A stretch of 64,000 nt of DNA, taken from contig CAMEJM010000002.1 of the NCBI GenBank assembly GCA_945920215.1, forward strand, positions 18,760 through 82,759, read 5' to 3'. Of the stretch, positions 51,016-57,646 are shown piece by piece. The first letter of the stretch is position 1. Each line of letters begins with the position of its first letter. Source of the stretch: an uncultured bacterium (GTDB taxonomy: Bacteria > Bacillota > Clostridia > Oscillospirales > CAG-272). The notes beneath the pieces were generated by a model. It had not been told where the DNA came from and did not search any database. It saw nothing but the letters and a program-made list of their open reading frames with translations. Both the position numbers and the translations under genes were made by a program.

Positions 51016-51954
51016 ATGTCGAGAATCATGATTGCGCTGGGCGGCAACGCCCTCGGGAACACGCCCGCCGAGCAAAAGGAGCGCATTGCGGCGGCTTGCC
51101 CGGCGCTGGTGGATTTGATTGAACAGGGAAATGAGATCATCGTCAGCCATGGGAACGGACCGCAGGTCGGCATGATTGCGCTGGCGTTTGACGCCGCTTC
51201 CCGCGTGGACAAAAAGGTGCCTGAAATGCCGCTTGCCGAATGTATCGCCATGAGTCAGGGGTATATCGGTTATCATCTGCAAAAGGGGATTCTGATGGAG
51301 TTGCGCCGCCGCCATATGCCGTGGCAGGTCGCCACGGTGGTGACGCAGGTGGTGGTAGACGAAAACGACCCTGCTTTTCAGAATCCTACCAAGCCCATCG
51401 GCGCTTTCTATGACGAGGAAACCGCCCGCCGCATGATGAACGCCGACCCGAACCTGAAAATGAAAGAGGACGCGGGGCGCGGCTGGCGCCGCCTGGTGCC
51501 GTCCCCCAAGCCGAAAGAAATCGTGGAGGACCAGTCCATCCGTGGGCTTTTGGAACGCGAATTCATCGTCATTGCCTGCGGCGGGGGCGGCGTGCCTGTC
51601 GTGCGCGACGAGCGGGGAGAGTTGAGGGGCGTTGCGGCGGTCATCGATAAGGATTTTGCATCCGCCAAACTGGCGGAAGCCGTGGGCGCCGATTGCCTGA
51701 TCATTCTGACCGCGGTGGAGCACGTCTGTATCGGTTGGGGCACCGCCGAAGAAAGAGAACTTGCGAGCATGAGCGTGGAGGAAGCGACCGCCTATATCCG
51801 CGCCGGAGAATTTGCCGCCGGCTCCATGTTGCCGAAGGTGGAAGCGGCGGTTGCCTTTGCCCGCAGCGGCAGCGGACGGCGCGCGATTATCGCCGCCCTT
51901 GAAAAAGCGCCGGAGGCGGTACGCGGACAGAGCGGTACCACCATCGCATTATAA
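51016..51954 (+). CDS. arcC: carbamate kinase
   Basis: IALGGNALG, HGNGPQVG and GGGGVPV motifs. Confidence 0.93.
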   Translation: MSRIMIALGGNALGNTPAEQKERIAAACPALVDLIEQGNEIIVSHGNGPQVGMIALAFDAASRVDKKVPEMPLAECIAMSQGYIGYHLQKGILMELRRRHMPWQVATVVTQVVVDENDPAFQNPTKPIGAFYDEETARRMMNADPNLKMKEDAGRGWRRLVPSPKPKEIVEDQSIRGLLEREFIVIACGGGGVPVVRDERGELRGVAAVIDKDFASAKLAEAVGADCLIILTAVEHVCIGWGTAEERELASMSVEEATAYIRAGEFAAGSMLPKVEAAVAFARSGSGRRAIIAALEKAPEAVRGQSGTTIAL

Positions 51955-51986
51955 ACCGCCGTGCGCGCGGCGCCGGTAACCGAAAA

Positions 51987-52027
51987 CCCCTCTGCGGAAG
52001 GATTCCACAGAGGGGTAGTTTTATTTG
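51987..52027. terminator. terminator between convergent arcC and ECF S-component gene
   Basis: Stem CCCCTCTG...CAGAGGGG with inner GGAA/TTCC pairing, followed by TAGTTTTATTT. Confidence 0.7.
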
Positions 52028-52050
52028 GTTATGTTTGCCGCAGCAGACGT

Positions 52051-52572
52051 TTATTGCAGGTGCAGGCGCTGAATGACGTTGGTCTTATCGAGGATGGTTT
52101 CAAGCAGCACCGCCGCAAGAATTCCGCAAGCCCCTTGAATGGCGTTGAAAGGAATGTTGGCAGCCGCGGCAAGACCGTATTTCAGGATCAGCGCTTCGTA
52201 GGCGAAATAGCCGGCGATCATCAGAAGCTCCGCGCACAAAAAGGAGAAGATCATTCCCACTTTTCGGGGCAGGGGCGTTTTTTCAAAGCACTTTTTGAGC
52301 AGGACAACAAGAGCTGCCATGCCGGCTTTGATGATCAGGGTGGCGGGCGCGTACAGGATATATCCGCTCGCCATATCGCACAGGGCGGCGCCGAGTCCGG
52401 CGGCAGCCATCGCCCAGCCGCCTCCCAAAACCCACGCGGCGAGCAGAACCATACTGTCGCCGAGGTTGACGTTCCCGACCAACGGGGTGGGAATGGATAA
52501 GAGCGTGGTCACAAAGACCAAGGCGGCAAACAAGGCGGTAAACGCCAGTTTTCTGATTTTTTCACGGTTCAT
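52051..52572 (-). CDS. ECF transporter S component (vitamin-type substrate capture subunit)
   Basis: The ATG at 52572 gives 173 aa with about 5-6 TM segments (MNREKIRKLAFTALFAALVFVTT...), as in ECF S units. Divergent from a PdxR/MocR-like regulator, which suggests a B6 vitamer substrate (inference). Confidence 0.6.
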   Translation of the reverse strand: MNREKIRKLAFTALFAALVFVTTLLSIPTPLVGNVNLGDSMVLLAAWVLGGGWAMAAAGLGAALCDMASGYILYAPATLIIKAGMAALVVLLKKCFEKTPLPRKVGMIFSFLCAELLMIAGYFAYEALILKYGLAAAANIPFNAIQGACGILAAVLLETILDKTNVIQRLHLQ

Positions 52573-52659
52573 GTGCAATTCCCCCAAACTGCAAAGACTT
52601 GTTTCCGGCGTCTGACGCGGTGCGGGAATCATCATTGCGCCCCATCTCCAAAACAACTC

Positions 52660-52688
52660 TTTACATTTCTTTTTTTCGCCATTATAAT
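52660..52688 (+). promoter_or_regulatory. promoter of the MocR-like gene (TTTACA-17-TATAAT)
   Basis: Hexamers at 52660-52665 and 52683-52688. An ATATGAACATAT palindrome (52693-52704) sits just downstream. Confidence 0.5.
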
Positions 52689-52732
52689 ACTGATATGAAC
52701 ATATTAAAATATTCAAAAGAGGATATTTTTAC

Positions 52733-53803
52733 ATGACCAGATATGCGGATAAGAAATATGACAGACTCTATCGCCAGCTCAAGGAAAAAATCCTCACGGG
52801 AGAATTGCGGCAAGGGGAGAAACTTCCCTCCAAGCGCGTGGCGGCAGATCGGAGCGGATACAGCGTGATCACGGTCGAGAGGGCGTATGCCATGCTGGAG
52901 GACGAGGGGTATATTTCAGCTAGGGAGCGCAGGGGATATTTTGTCAATCCCCGGGAACTGATTCCTGCGCACGGAGAAACGGGAGGCCACGCCGCGCCGT
53001 TTACATATGCAGTGGACGGCGACTGCCGCAAAACGCAGGATTTTGAATACTCGGTCTGGTTCAAAACCGTGCGCAAGGTGATTTCCGAATACGGGCAGAG
53101 GCTGTTTGTCAAGGCGCCGGGCAGGGGATGCGCCGTGCTGCGCAACGCGATTGCCGATTATCTGCTGCGCTACCGCGGTATGCGAGCGGAGCCGGAGCGC
53201 ATCGTGATCGGGTCGGGGGCGGAGCAGTTGTATGAAACCGTTGTGAAACTGCTGGGCAGGGATCGGGTATACGGGATCGAGGAGCCGTCCTACGGGCAGA
53301 TCCGCGCGGCTTATGAGGGCATGGGCGCTTCCGTCTGCCCCTTGAAGCTGGGACAGGACGGTATCGAAAGCGCGGAGCTGGCGCGCAAGGGCTTTGACGT
53401 GTTGCACGTGACGCCGTTCCACAGCTTCCCGTCGGGTGTTACCACCTCGATTTCCAAGCGCAGAGAATACCTCGACTGGTCGGAGGAAATCGGCGGCTAC
53501 ATCGTGGAGGACGATTTCGACAGCGAGTTCTTCATGCCGGGACACCCTATTGCGTCTCTGTACGCCATTGACAGACGGCAATCCGTCATTTACGTCAACA
53601 CGTTTTCCAAAAGTCTTTCACCCGCCATGCGCATGGGGTACATGATTCTGCCCCCCTCGCTTGCCGCCGCCTATGAAAAAAACCTCGGCGGGTATTCCTG
53701 CACGGTTCCGGTCATGGACCAGTACGTTCTGGCGGAATTCATTTCCAACGGCGATTTTGAAAGGCACCTGAACCGCATGCGCAGGAAAATGAAAAAGCGC
53801 TGA
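52733..53803 (+). CDS. MocR/PdxR-subfamily GntR regulator (wHTH + aminotransferase-like domain), apparently C-terminally truncated
   Basis: The wHTH (LPSKRVAADRSGYSVITVERAYAMLEDEGYI) and fold-type I core with PLP-Lys motif NTFSKSL are present. The ORF ends at ..ERHLNRMRRKMKKR*, about 100 aa or more short of typical 450-480-aa family members. Confidence 0.75.
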   Translation: MTRYADKKYDRLYRQLKEKILTGELRQGEKLPSKRVAADRSGYSVITVERAYAMLEDEGYISARERRGYFVNPRELIPAHGETGGHAAPFTYAVDGDCRKTQDFEYSVWFKTVRKVISEYGQRLFVKAPGRGCAVLRNAIADYLLRYRGMRAEPERIVIGSGAEQLYETVVKLLGRDRVYGIEEPSYGQIRAAYEGMGASVCPLKLGQDGIESAELARKGFDVLHVTPFHSFPSGVTTSISKRREYLDWSEEIGGYIVEDDFDSEFFMPGHPIASLYAIDRRQSVIYVNTFSKSLSPAMRMGYMILPPSLAAAYEKNLGGYSCTVPVMDQYVLAEFISNGDFERHLNRMRRKMKKR

Positions 53804-53931
53804 CGGTCGCGGGGCGTTGGATAAAAGCAAACGGGGCATAAATCAAAGTGCAAGATAGGGAGGCTCTGTACCCTATACCGAGCGGCTGTCCCCGTTCAGC
53901 ACAGACGCGTATCTGTTGCGTTGTTATACAG

Positions 53932-55935
53932 TCAACGCTTATCGCTTCTGTTTTTCAAATAGTTGCAAATGAGGTCAGCTGTCGCCTCTGCGCCGATAGA
54001 ACTGTCGATCATGAGTTCATAATTGCGTCTGCTTCCCCAAGTGAGCCCGGAAATGTTCTTGTAGTAGGATGCTCTTGCTTCATCGGAACGGCGAATATTC
54101 TTTTTTGCCTCCTCAGCAGTATCTCCGTAGATTTCCATCACACGCTTGATTCTGTATTCTTCGGGGGCGAAAACGAAGATGCGGACAACATCCACATAGT
54201 TGCGGAGAACATAATCGGCTGCGCGCCCTACGATCACGCAACTGCCTTGATCGGCAATGCGGCAGATGACTTTGTCCTGCGCGACTACTGCCTGCTGCAC
54301 AACATCGGTGCTGAGATACAGACTATGAAGTATAGCAGGCGAGTTGAGATTGATGTCAGAAATGAATTCCCGGTCAAGTCCGCTTTCCTGCGCTGCGAGG
54401 GCGGTCATTTCCTTATAATAGAACGGAATACCAAGCCTTTCAGCTACCAGTTTACCGATCTGTTTTCCGGATGAGCCGTGCTCTCTTGCAATCGTGACGA
54501 TAACGCCTTTCTTTGAGGTTTTAAGCACGGCTTCGCCCTTTTCTTCCGTCGGAGTTGCTTTCAGTGTTTTCATAAATGTGACGGTTAAAACGGCCGCAAC
54601 GATGATTGCGAGAAAGTCTGCGGAAGGAGCGGCATACAGAATTGCCTCAACACCGCCGAAAACGGCAGGATAGATGATGATCAGCGGAATGAAACAAACA
54701 ATGTCACGGATCATGGAAGCAATGACCGCGCGAATCGGTCTGCCAACTGCTTGGAAAAAGATTGAAGTCATCTTGATGATACAGGTAAAGGTGACGAAGC
54801 AAAGAAAAATACGGAACGTCTTTTCACCGAATATCCAATAATCTTCAGGGTTGGGAATATTTGTGGGTGCCCCGAACATCCCCACTATGGCGCGAGGCGC
54901 AAACTCGAAGAGCGCCGTGGATAAAAGACCGATTGCCACTGTACATAGCAGTATCTTTCGATAGAGTTCTTTGACACGGTCATATTTTTTAGCGCCCATA
55001 TTGTAGCTGATGATGGGCTGGCAGCCGAGTACAATGCCGACGACAAGATTAATGACAACGGTAAAGACCTTGCTTTCAATGCCGATAATTGCAATCGGAA
55101 TATCCACGCCATATTGTGATCGAGCGCCGTATTTTGCAAGAAGAATATTGCAGACAAGAGAGATGATGACTATGGTCATCTGTGTAATAAACGAAGATGC
55201 GCCGAGCTGCAGCGCTCCCATAAATGCCTTCAAGTCGGGAATCAAACTCTTGAGTGCGAGCCGAAAGGTCTTTGTGCGGAAGAGATAACCAAAAGTGATG
55301 AGAAACGAAACTGTTTGACCGATAACGGTTGCGAGTGCCGCGCCGAACATTCCCCACTTGGTCCCGAAAATGAACACGGGGTCAAGGATGATGTTTGTGA
55401 TTGCGCCGAAAAGCATAGAAGCCATAGACCACGCGGGACTTCCGTCGGCGCGGACCACGGCATTCATCATATTGGAAAGCATATAGAGTGGGAAGAACGC
55501 AAGAATGATATTGAAGTATTCCACAGCATATCCGATGCTGTTCTCCGATGCGCCGAACAAAGTCAGAAGTTGTATTTTGAGGGGATAAAAAATTGCCATC
55601 AGCACAAGTGCAGATGCGAGAGTTACGATAATCCCTGTGCCGATTGCTTTTGTAGCGTTTTCGGTATCTTTCCTGCCCTGGCAGATATTCAGGTAGGCGG
55701 CACAACCGTCACCGAAGCACCAAGCAAATGCCTGCGCGATAATGAAGATTGGGAATACAACGCCGGTTGCGGCATTGCCGAGCGCACTTAGTTCGCTGTT
55801 GCCGATAAAGATTTGGTCAACGATATTATAGAGCGCGCTGACCAGCAGTGAGAGTACGCATGGAACAGAGAATTTCAGCATGAGTTTTGAGATTTTTTCC
55901 GTTCCCAACCATTGGGATGTTTGTTCTTGATTCAT
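53932..55935 (-). CDS. MATE-family efflux transporter fused to a C-terminal cytidylate-kinase-like (P-loop) domain
   Basis: Residues 1 to about 450 form a 12-TM MATE (KFSVPCVLSLLVSALYNIVDQIFIG). Residues about 470-667 read VIVTIAREHGSSGKQIGKLVAERLGIPFY..., typical of the cytidylate kinase-like family. GGAGGA RBS. Confidence 0.8.
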   Translation of the reverse strand: MNQEQTSQWLGTEKISKLMLKFSVPCVLSLLVSALYNIVDQIFIGNSELSALGNAATGVVFPIFIIAQAFAWCFGDGCAAYLNICQGRKDTENATKAIGTGIIVTLASALVLMAIFYPLKIQLLTLFGASENSIGYAVEYFNIILAFFPLYMLSNMMNAVVRADGSPAWSMASMLFGAITNIILDPVFIFGTKWGMFGAALATVIGQTVSFLITFGYLFRTKTFRLALKSLIPDLKAFMGALQLGASSFITQMTIVIISLVCNILLAKYGARSQYGVDIPIAIIGIESKVFTVVINLVVGIVLGCQPIISYNMGAKKYDRVKELYRKILLCTVAIGLLSTALFEFAPRAIVGMFGAPTNIPNPEDYWIFGEKTFRIFLCFVTFTCIIKMTSIFFQAVGRPIRAVIASMIRDIVCFIPLIIIYPAVFGGVEAILYAAPSADFLAIIVAAVLTVTFMKTLKATPTEEKGEAVLKTSKKGVIVTIAREHGSSGKQIGKLVAERLGIPFYYKEMTALAAQESGLDREFISDINLNSPAILHSLYLSTDVVQQAVVAQDKVICRIADQGSCVIVGRAADYVLRNYVDVVRIFVFAPEEYRIKRVMEIYGDTAEEAKKNIRRSDEARASYYKNISGLTWGSRRNYELMIDSSIGAEATADLICNYLKNRSDKR

Positions 55936-56004
55936 AAAATCCTCCGAAAAATATTTTTGGAGTCTTTATCGGAGAAAAGCTACCTGAAAACTGCGCCAGA
56001 ACAG

Positions 56005-56047
56005 CAAAAAACAGAGCATGGAATCTGTCGTGATTCTACGCTCTGTG
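56005..56047 (-). terminator. intrinsic terminator-like hairpin between the 2-TM gene and the MATE gene
   Basis: Minus strand ACAGAGC-gta-GAATC-acgaca-GATTC-cat-GCTCTGT followed by TTTTTT. Confidence 0.6.
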
Positions 56048-56063
56048 GCTGGTCGACTTCTGT

Positions 56064-56092
56064 ATTGTATCAAAAAAACAATTGTTTGTCAA
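56064..56092 (-). promoter_or_regulatory. promoter-like element (TTGACA-17-TACAAT) immediately upstream of the terminator hairpin
   Basis: Minus strand TTGACA at 56092-56087, 17-nt spacer, TACAAT at 56069-56064. Confidence 0.5.
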
Positions 56093-56130
56093 TGAAAAAA
56101 CGTATAGAATCTTGTGACGGGCGGCGGAGT

Positions 56131-56616
56131 TCAGGCAAACGACGATACATGACTTCTGAGCATGGATGATATTTCGGTTTCTGCGCGTTTCCCATACTCG
56201 GACAGGCTCAATGTGAATCTTCTGCCGTCCTTCAGATAGAACGTGTAAATGCGTGTATCTTTTCCTGTGAGCAGGGGAATGCCCTTTAATAATTTGGTAC
56301 GGATTCTCCCGATATCACGGTAAGGGATTTCAAAGCGCCTCCCGCGCGGCTTTCGGCGGTTTTTGCCCTCTAAGTTGATTCGCACCGCGGGAAAAATGAT
56401 TTTCTGTTCATCAAGACAGATGGGGCAACAGTATTCGATGATGCTTATCATGAGAGGAACGGGCAGGCACCATGCAGCGGTCAGAATCAGTACAAGAGCC
56501 AATTGGCGGCAATCCGTCCGCATAGCGAACAGAGTGATGCCTGCTGCCAATACAACGGCGAATACCGGCGTCAGGGCAGCGCAAATATGAGCCGCGGGAG
56601 CAATGTATTTTTTCAA
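56131..56616 (-). CDS. hypothetical 2-TM membrane protein with basic soluble C-terminal domain
   Basis: TTG start at 56616 with GGAGGA 8 nt upstream. Two N-terminal hydrophobic helices, then a Lys/Arg-rich domain of about 90 aa. No family recognised. Confidence 0.55.
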   Translation of the reverse strand: MKKYIAPAAHICAALTPVFAVVLAAGITLFAMRTDCRQLALVLILTAAWCLPVPLMISIIEYCCPICLDEQKIIFPAVRINLEGKNRRKPRGRRFEIPYRDIGRIRTKLLKGIPLLTGKDTRIYTFYLKDGRRFTLSLSEYGKRAETEISSMLRSHVSSFA

Positions 56617-56723
56617 AGGGCAAATCCTCCGGTAGACTTCGCAATGTAATTTGTCTTTGCTTTTTCCATAGTCTTTTTGATGACTTCAAACGCAGTGATA
56701 TCGGAAAAGTCTCTGTTGCTCAT
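56613..56723 (-). CDS. hypothetical 36-aa peptide, translationally coupled on both sides
   Basis: Hand translation MSNRDFSDITAFEVIKKTMEKAKTNYIAKSTGGFAL*. Its ATG overlaps the stop of the upstream gene (ATGA), and its TGA overlaps the TTG of the downstream gene. Not in the track (under 60 aa). Confidence 0.4.
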   Translation of the reverse strand: MSNRDFSDITAFEVIKKTMEKAKTNYIAKSTGGFAL

Positions 56724-57067
56724 TTTTTATTGTCCTTGGCTGTGTTGATGGAGGCAATCAGCATTCTGCGGATAGAGCCACATTCGTGCAAAATGCTTTT
56801 TGCTATCTCTTCCGAAATGATATTTGCCTTTTGCGCTATCTCTATCCAATATTCGGTTTCATAGCATTCTTTGAGGGAAATTTGCAGTTTGGAAATAAAA
56901 TCAGCTTTGCTATGAGCATAAGTTGCTTCTCTTATGTTGGCTCCAATGCTCGTGCCGCTTCTTTCAAGCTGATTAGATAATGAATAATGACCTTTGATTG
57001 CGTCTGTCAATTTCAGAATTTTAATTGCGAATTCGGTTGACATATCCGCGAGTTTGTTTTCCGCCAT
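56720..57067 (-). CDS. four-helix-bundle protein (23S rRNA intervening-sequence protein / Avd-like family)
   Basis: QLERSGTSIGANIREATYAHSKADFISKLQISLKECYETEYW is the signature of the TIGR02436-type family. The ATG at 57067 has AAGGGA 8 nt upstream; the track start is 57076. Confidence 0.8.
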   Translation of the reverse strand: MAENKLADMSTEFAIKILKLTDAIKGHYSLSNQLERSGTSIGANIREATYAHSKADFISKLQISLKECYETEYWIEIAQKANIISEEIAKSILHECGSIRRMLIASINTAKDNKK

Positions 57068-57107
57068 TATTACCATCCCTTTCGTTTATTCCATCAAAAT
57101 AATATCA

Positions 57108-57278
57108 ATGAAATCGTGCTGCGCACAATGAAATCCTCACTCCGTTCGGATGAAATCTTCAGGCTACGGCTTCAGATGAAATTTAATCCGTCCTACATCT
57201 CCCCGCGAAGCGGGATTTCACAGCATAGCGATTTCACCCATTGAAAATGGATTTCTCCCGTCCGTCAGGACGGATTTC
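57108..57278. repeat. array of eight GAAATC cores: 4 direct (ATGAAATC) then 4 inverted (GATTTC), most with adjoining mini-hairpins
   Basis: Plus-strand ATGAAATC at 57108, 57128 and 57150, and ATGAAATT at 57176. GATTTC at 57214, 57230, 57250 and 57273. Hairpins at 57116-57126, 57202-57214, 57238-57250 and 57258-57273. 10-bp inverted repeat AATCCGTCCT (57185-57194) / AGGACGGATT (57267-57276). Confidence 0.7.
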
Positions 57279-57282
57279 GTTG

Positions 57283-57316
57283 AAAAAAAGCACTTGCGAT
57301 GCAAGTGCTTTTTTTC
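57283..57316. terminator. bidirectional terminator immediately downstream of tRNA-Trp
   Basis: 9-bp stem AGCACTTGC/GCAAGTGCT flanked by AAAAAAA and TTTTTTT. Confidence 0.85.
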
Positions 57317-57317
57317 T

Positions 57318-57393
57318 TGGCAGGGGCGCTAGGACTCGAACCCAGGACCAACGGTTTTGGAGACCGCGATTCTACCAACTGAACTACACCCCT
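57318..57393 (-). tRNA. trnW: tRNA-Trp (anticodon CCA), CCA end encoded
   Basis: Hand-folded cloverleaf, 76 nt. Acceptor AGGGGTG/CGCCCCT, D arm GTTC-AGTTGGTA-GAAT, anticodon arm GCGGT-CTCCAAA-ACCGT, T arm CTGGG-TTCGAGT-CCTAG, then G-CCA. Confidence 0.93.
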
Positions 57394-57425
57394 GTATAGC
57401 GACGGTTGATCGGTCAAGCGGTATT

Positions 57426-57454
57426 ATTTTAGCACACTTGAATGTGTTTGGCAA
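57426..57454 (-). promoter_or_regulatory. promoter of tRNA-Trp (TTGCCA-17-TAAAAT)
   Basis: Minus strand TTGCCA at 57454-57449, 17-nt spacer, TAAAAT at 57431-57426; about 30 nt upstream of the mature 5' end. Confidence 0.55.
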
Positions 57455-57535
57455 GAGTTTTTTCATTATTTTTTCCGTCCCGGCAAAGGGGAGGGCGCGC
57501 GGGCGGAATTTTCGTGCCGCAAACCCTCCTTTTTC

Positions 57536-57564
57536 TTGACAATGGCGGGGTGGGGCTATATAAT
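57536..57564 (+). promoter_or_regulatory. promoter of GH43 gene (TTGACA-17-TATAAT)
   Basis: TTGACA at 57536-57541, 17-nt spacer, TATAAT at 57559-57564. Confidence 0.65.
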
Positions 57565-57646
57565 GAAAACGGTTTCGCCCGCGCCGCGTGTGAAACACTT
57601 TGACTCCATGCTCGCCTTTGCGAGAAAACGGAAAGGAAAACAACTC

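Larger units (their letters stand above)
53804..57317. other. low-GC accessory patch abutting the 3' end of tRNA-Trp
   Basis: Hand-counted 60-nt samples give about 40-48% GC here, against about 60-65% in the flanking genes. Bounded by the truncated MocR gene and by tRNA-Trp. Content is non-core. No integrase or transposase is present. Confidence 0.5.

Noticed and set aside
53806-53826. Segment CGCGGGGCGTTGGATA resembling the tRNA-Trp 3' end (GCAGGGGCGCTAGGAC in + orientation, 57320-57335) as a possible att direct repeat marking the far island border.
   Set aside because: Only about 10 of 17 positions match, with a gap, and the matching core is a GC-rich 6-mer that is likely to occur by chance. 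It needs a proper alignment before any att claim.
56411-56689. 92-aa ORF on the minus strand overlapping the 2-TM gene and the 36-aa ORF.
   Set aside because: It is out of frame with the RBS-supported TTG 56616 gene. Its Arg/Ser/Cys/His-rich translation has no start context. The coupled trio explains the region better.
56720-57067. Avd-like four-helix-bundle protein as evidence for a diversity-generating retroelement.
   Set aside because: No reverse transcriptase ORF and no template/variable repeat pair could be seen anywhere in the window. This protein family is also widespread outside DGRs.
57100-57285. Possibility that the GAAATC/GATTTC array is a degenerate CRISPR array or a REP/BIME cluster.
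   Set aside because: The period is only 16-26 bp. Only a 6-8 nt core is conserved, the stems differ in sequence, and the orientation flips in the middle. No cas genes or RAYT transposase are in the window. The array is kept as an unexplained repeat rather than called CRISPR or REP.
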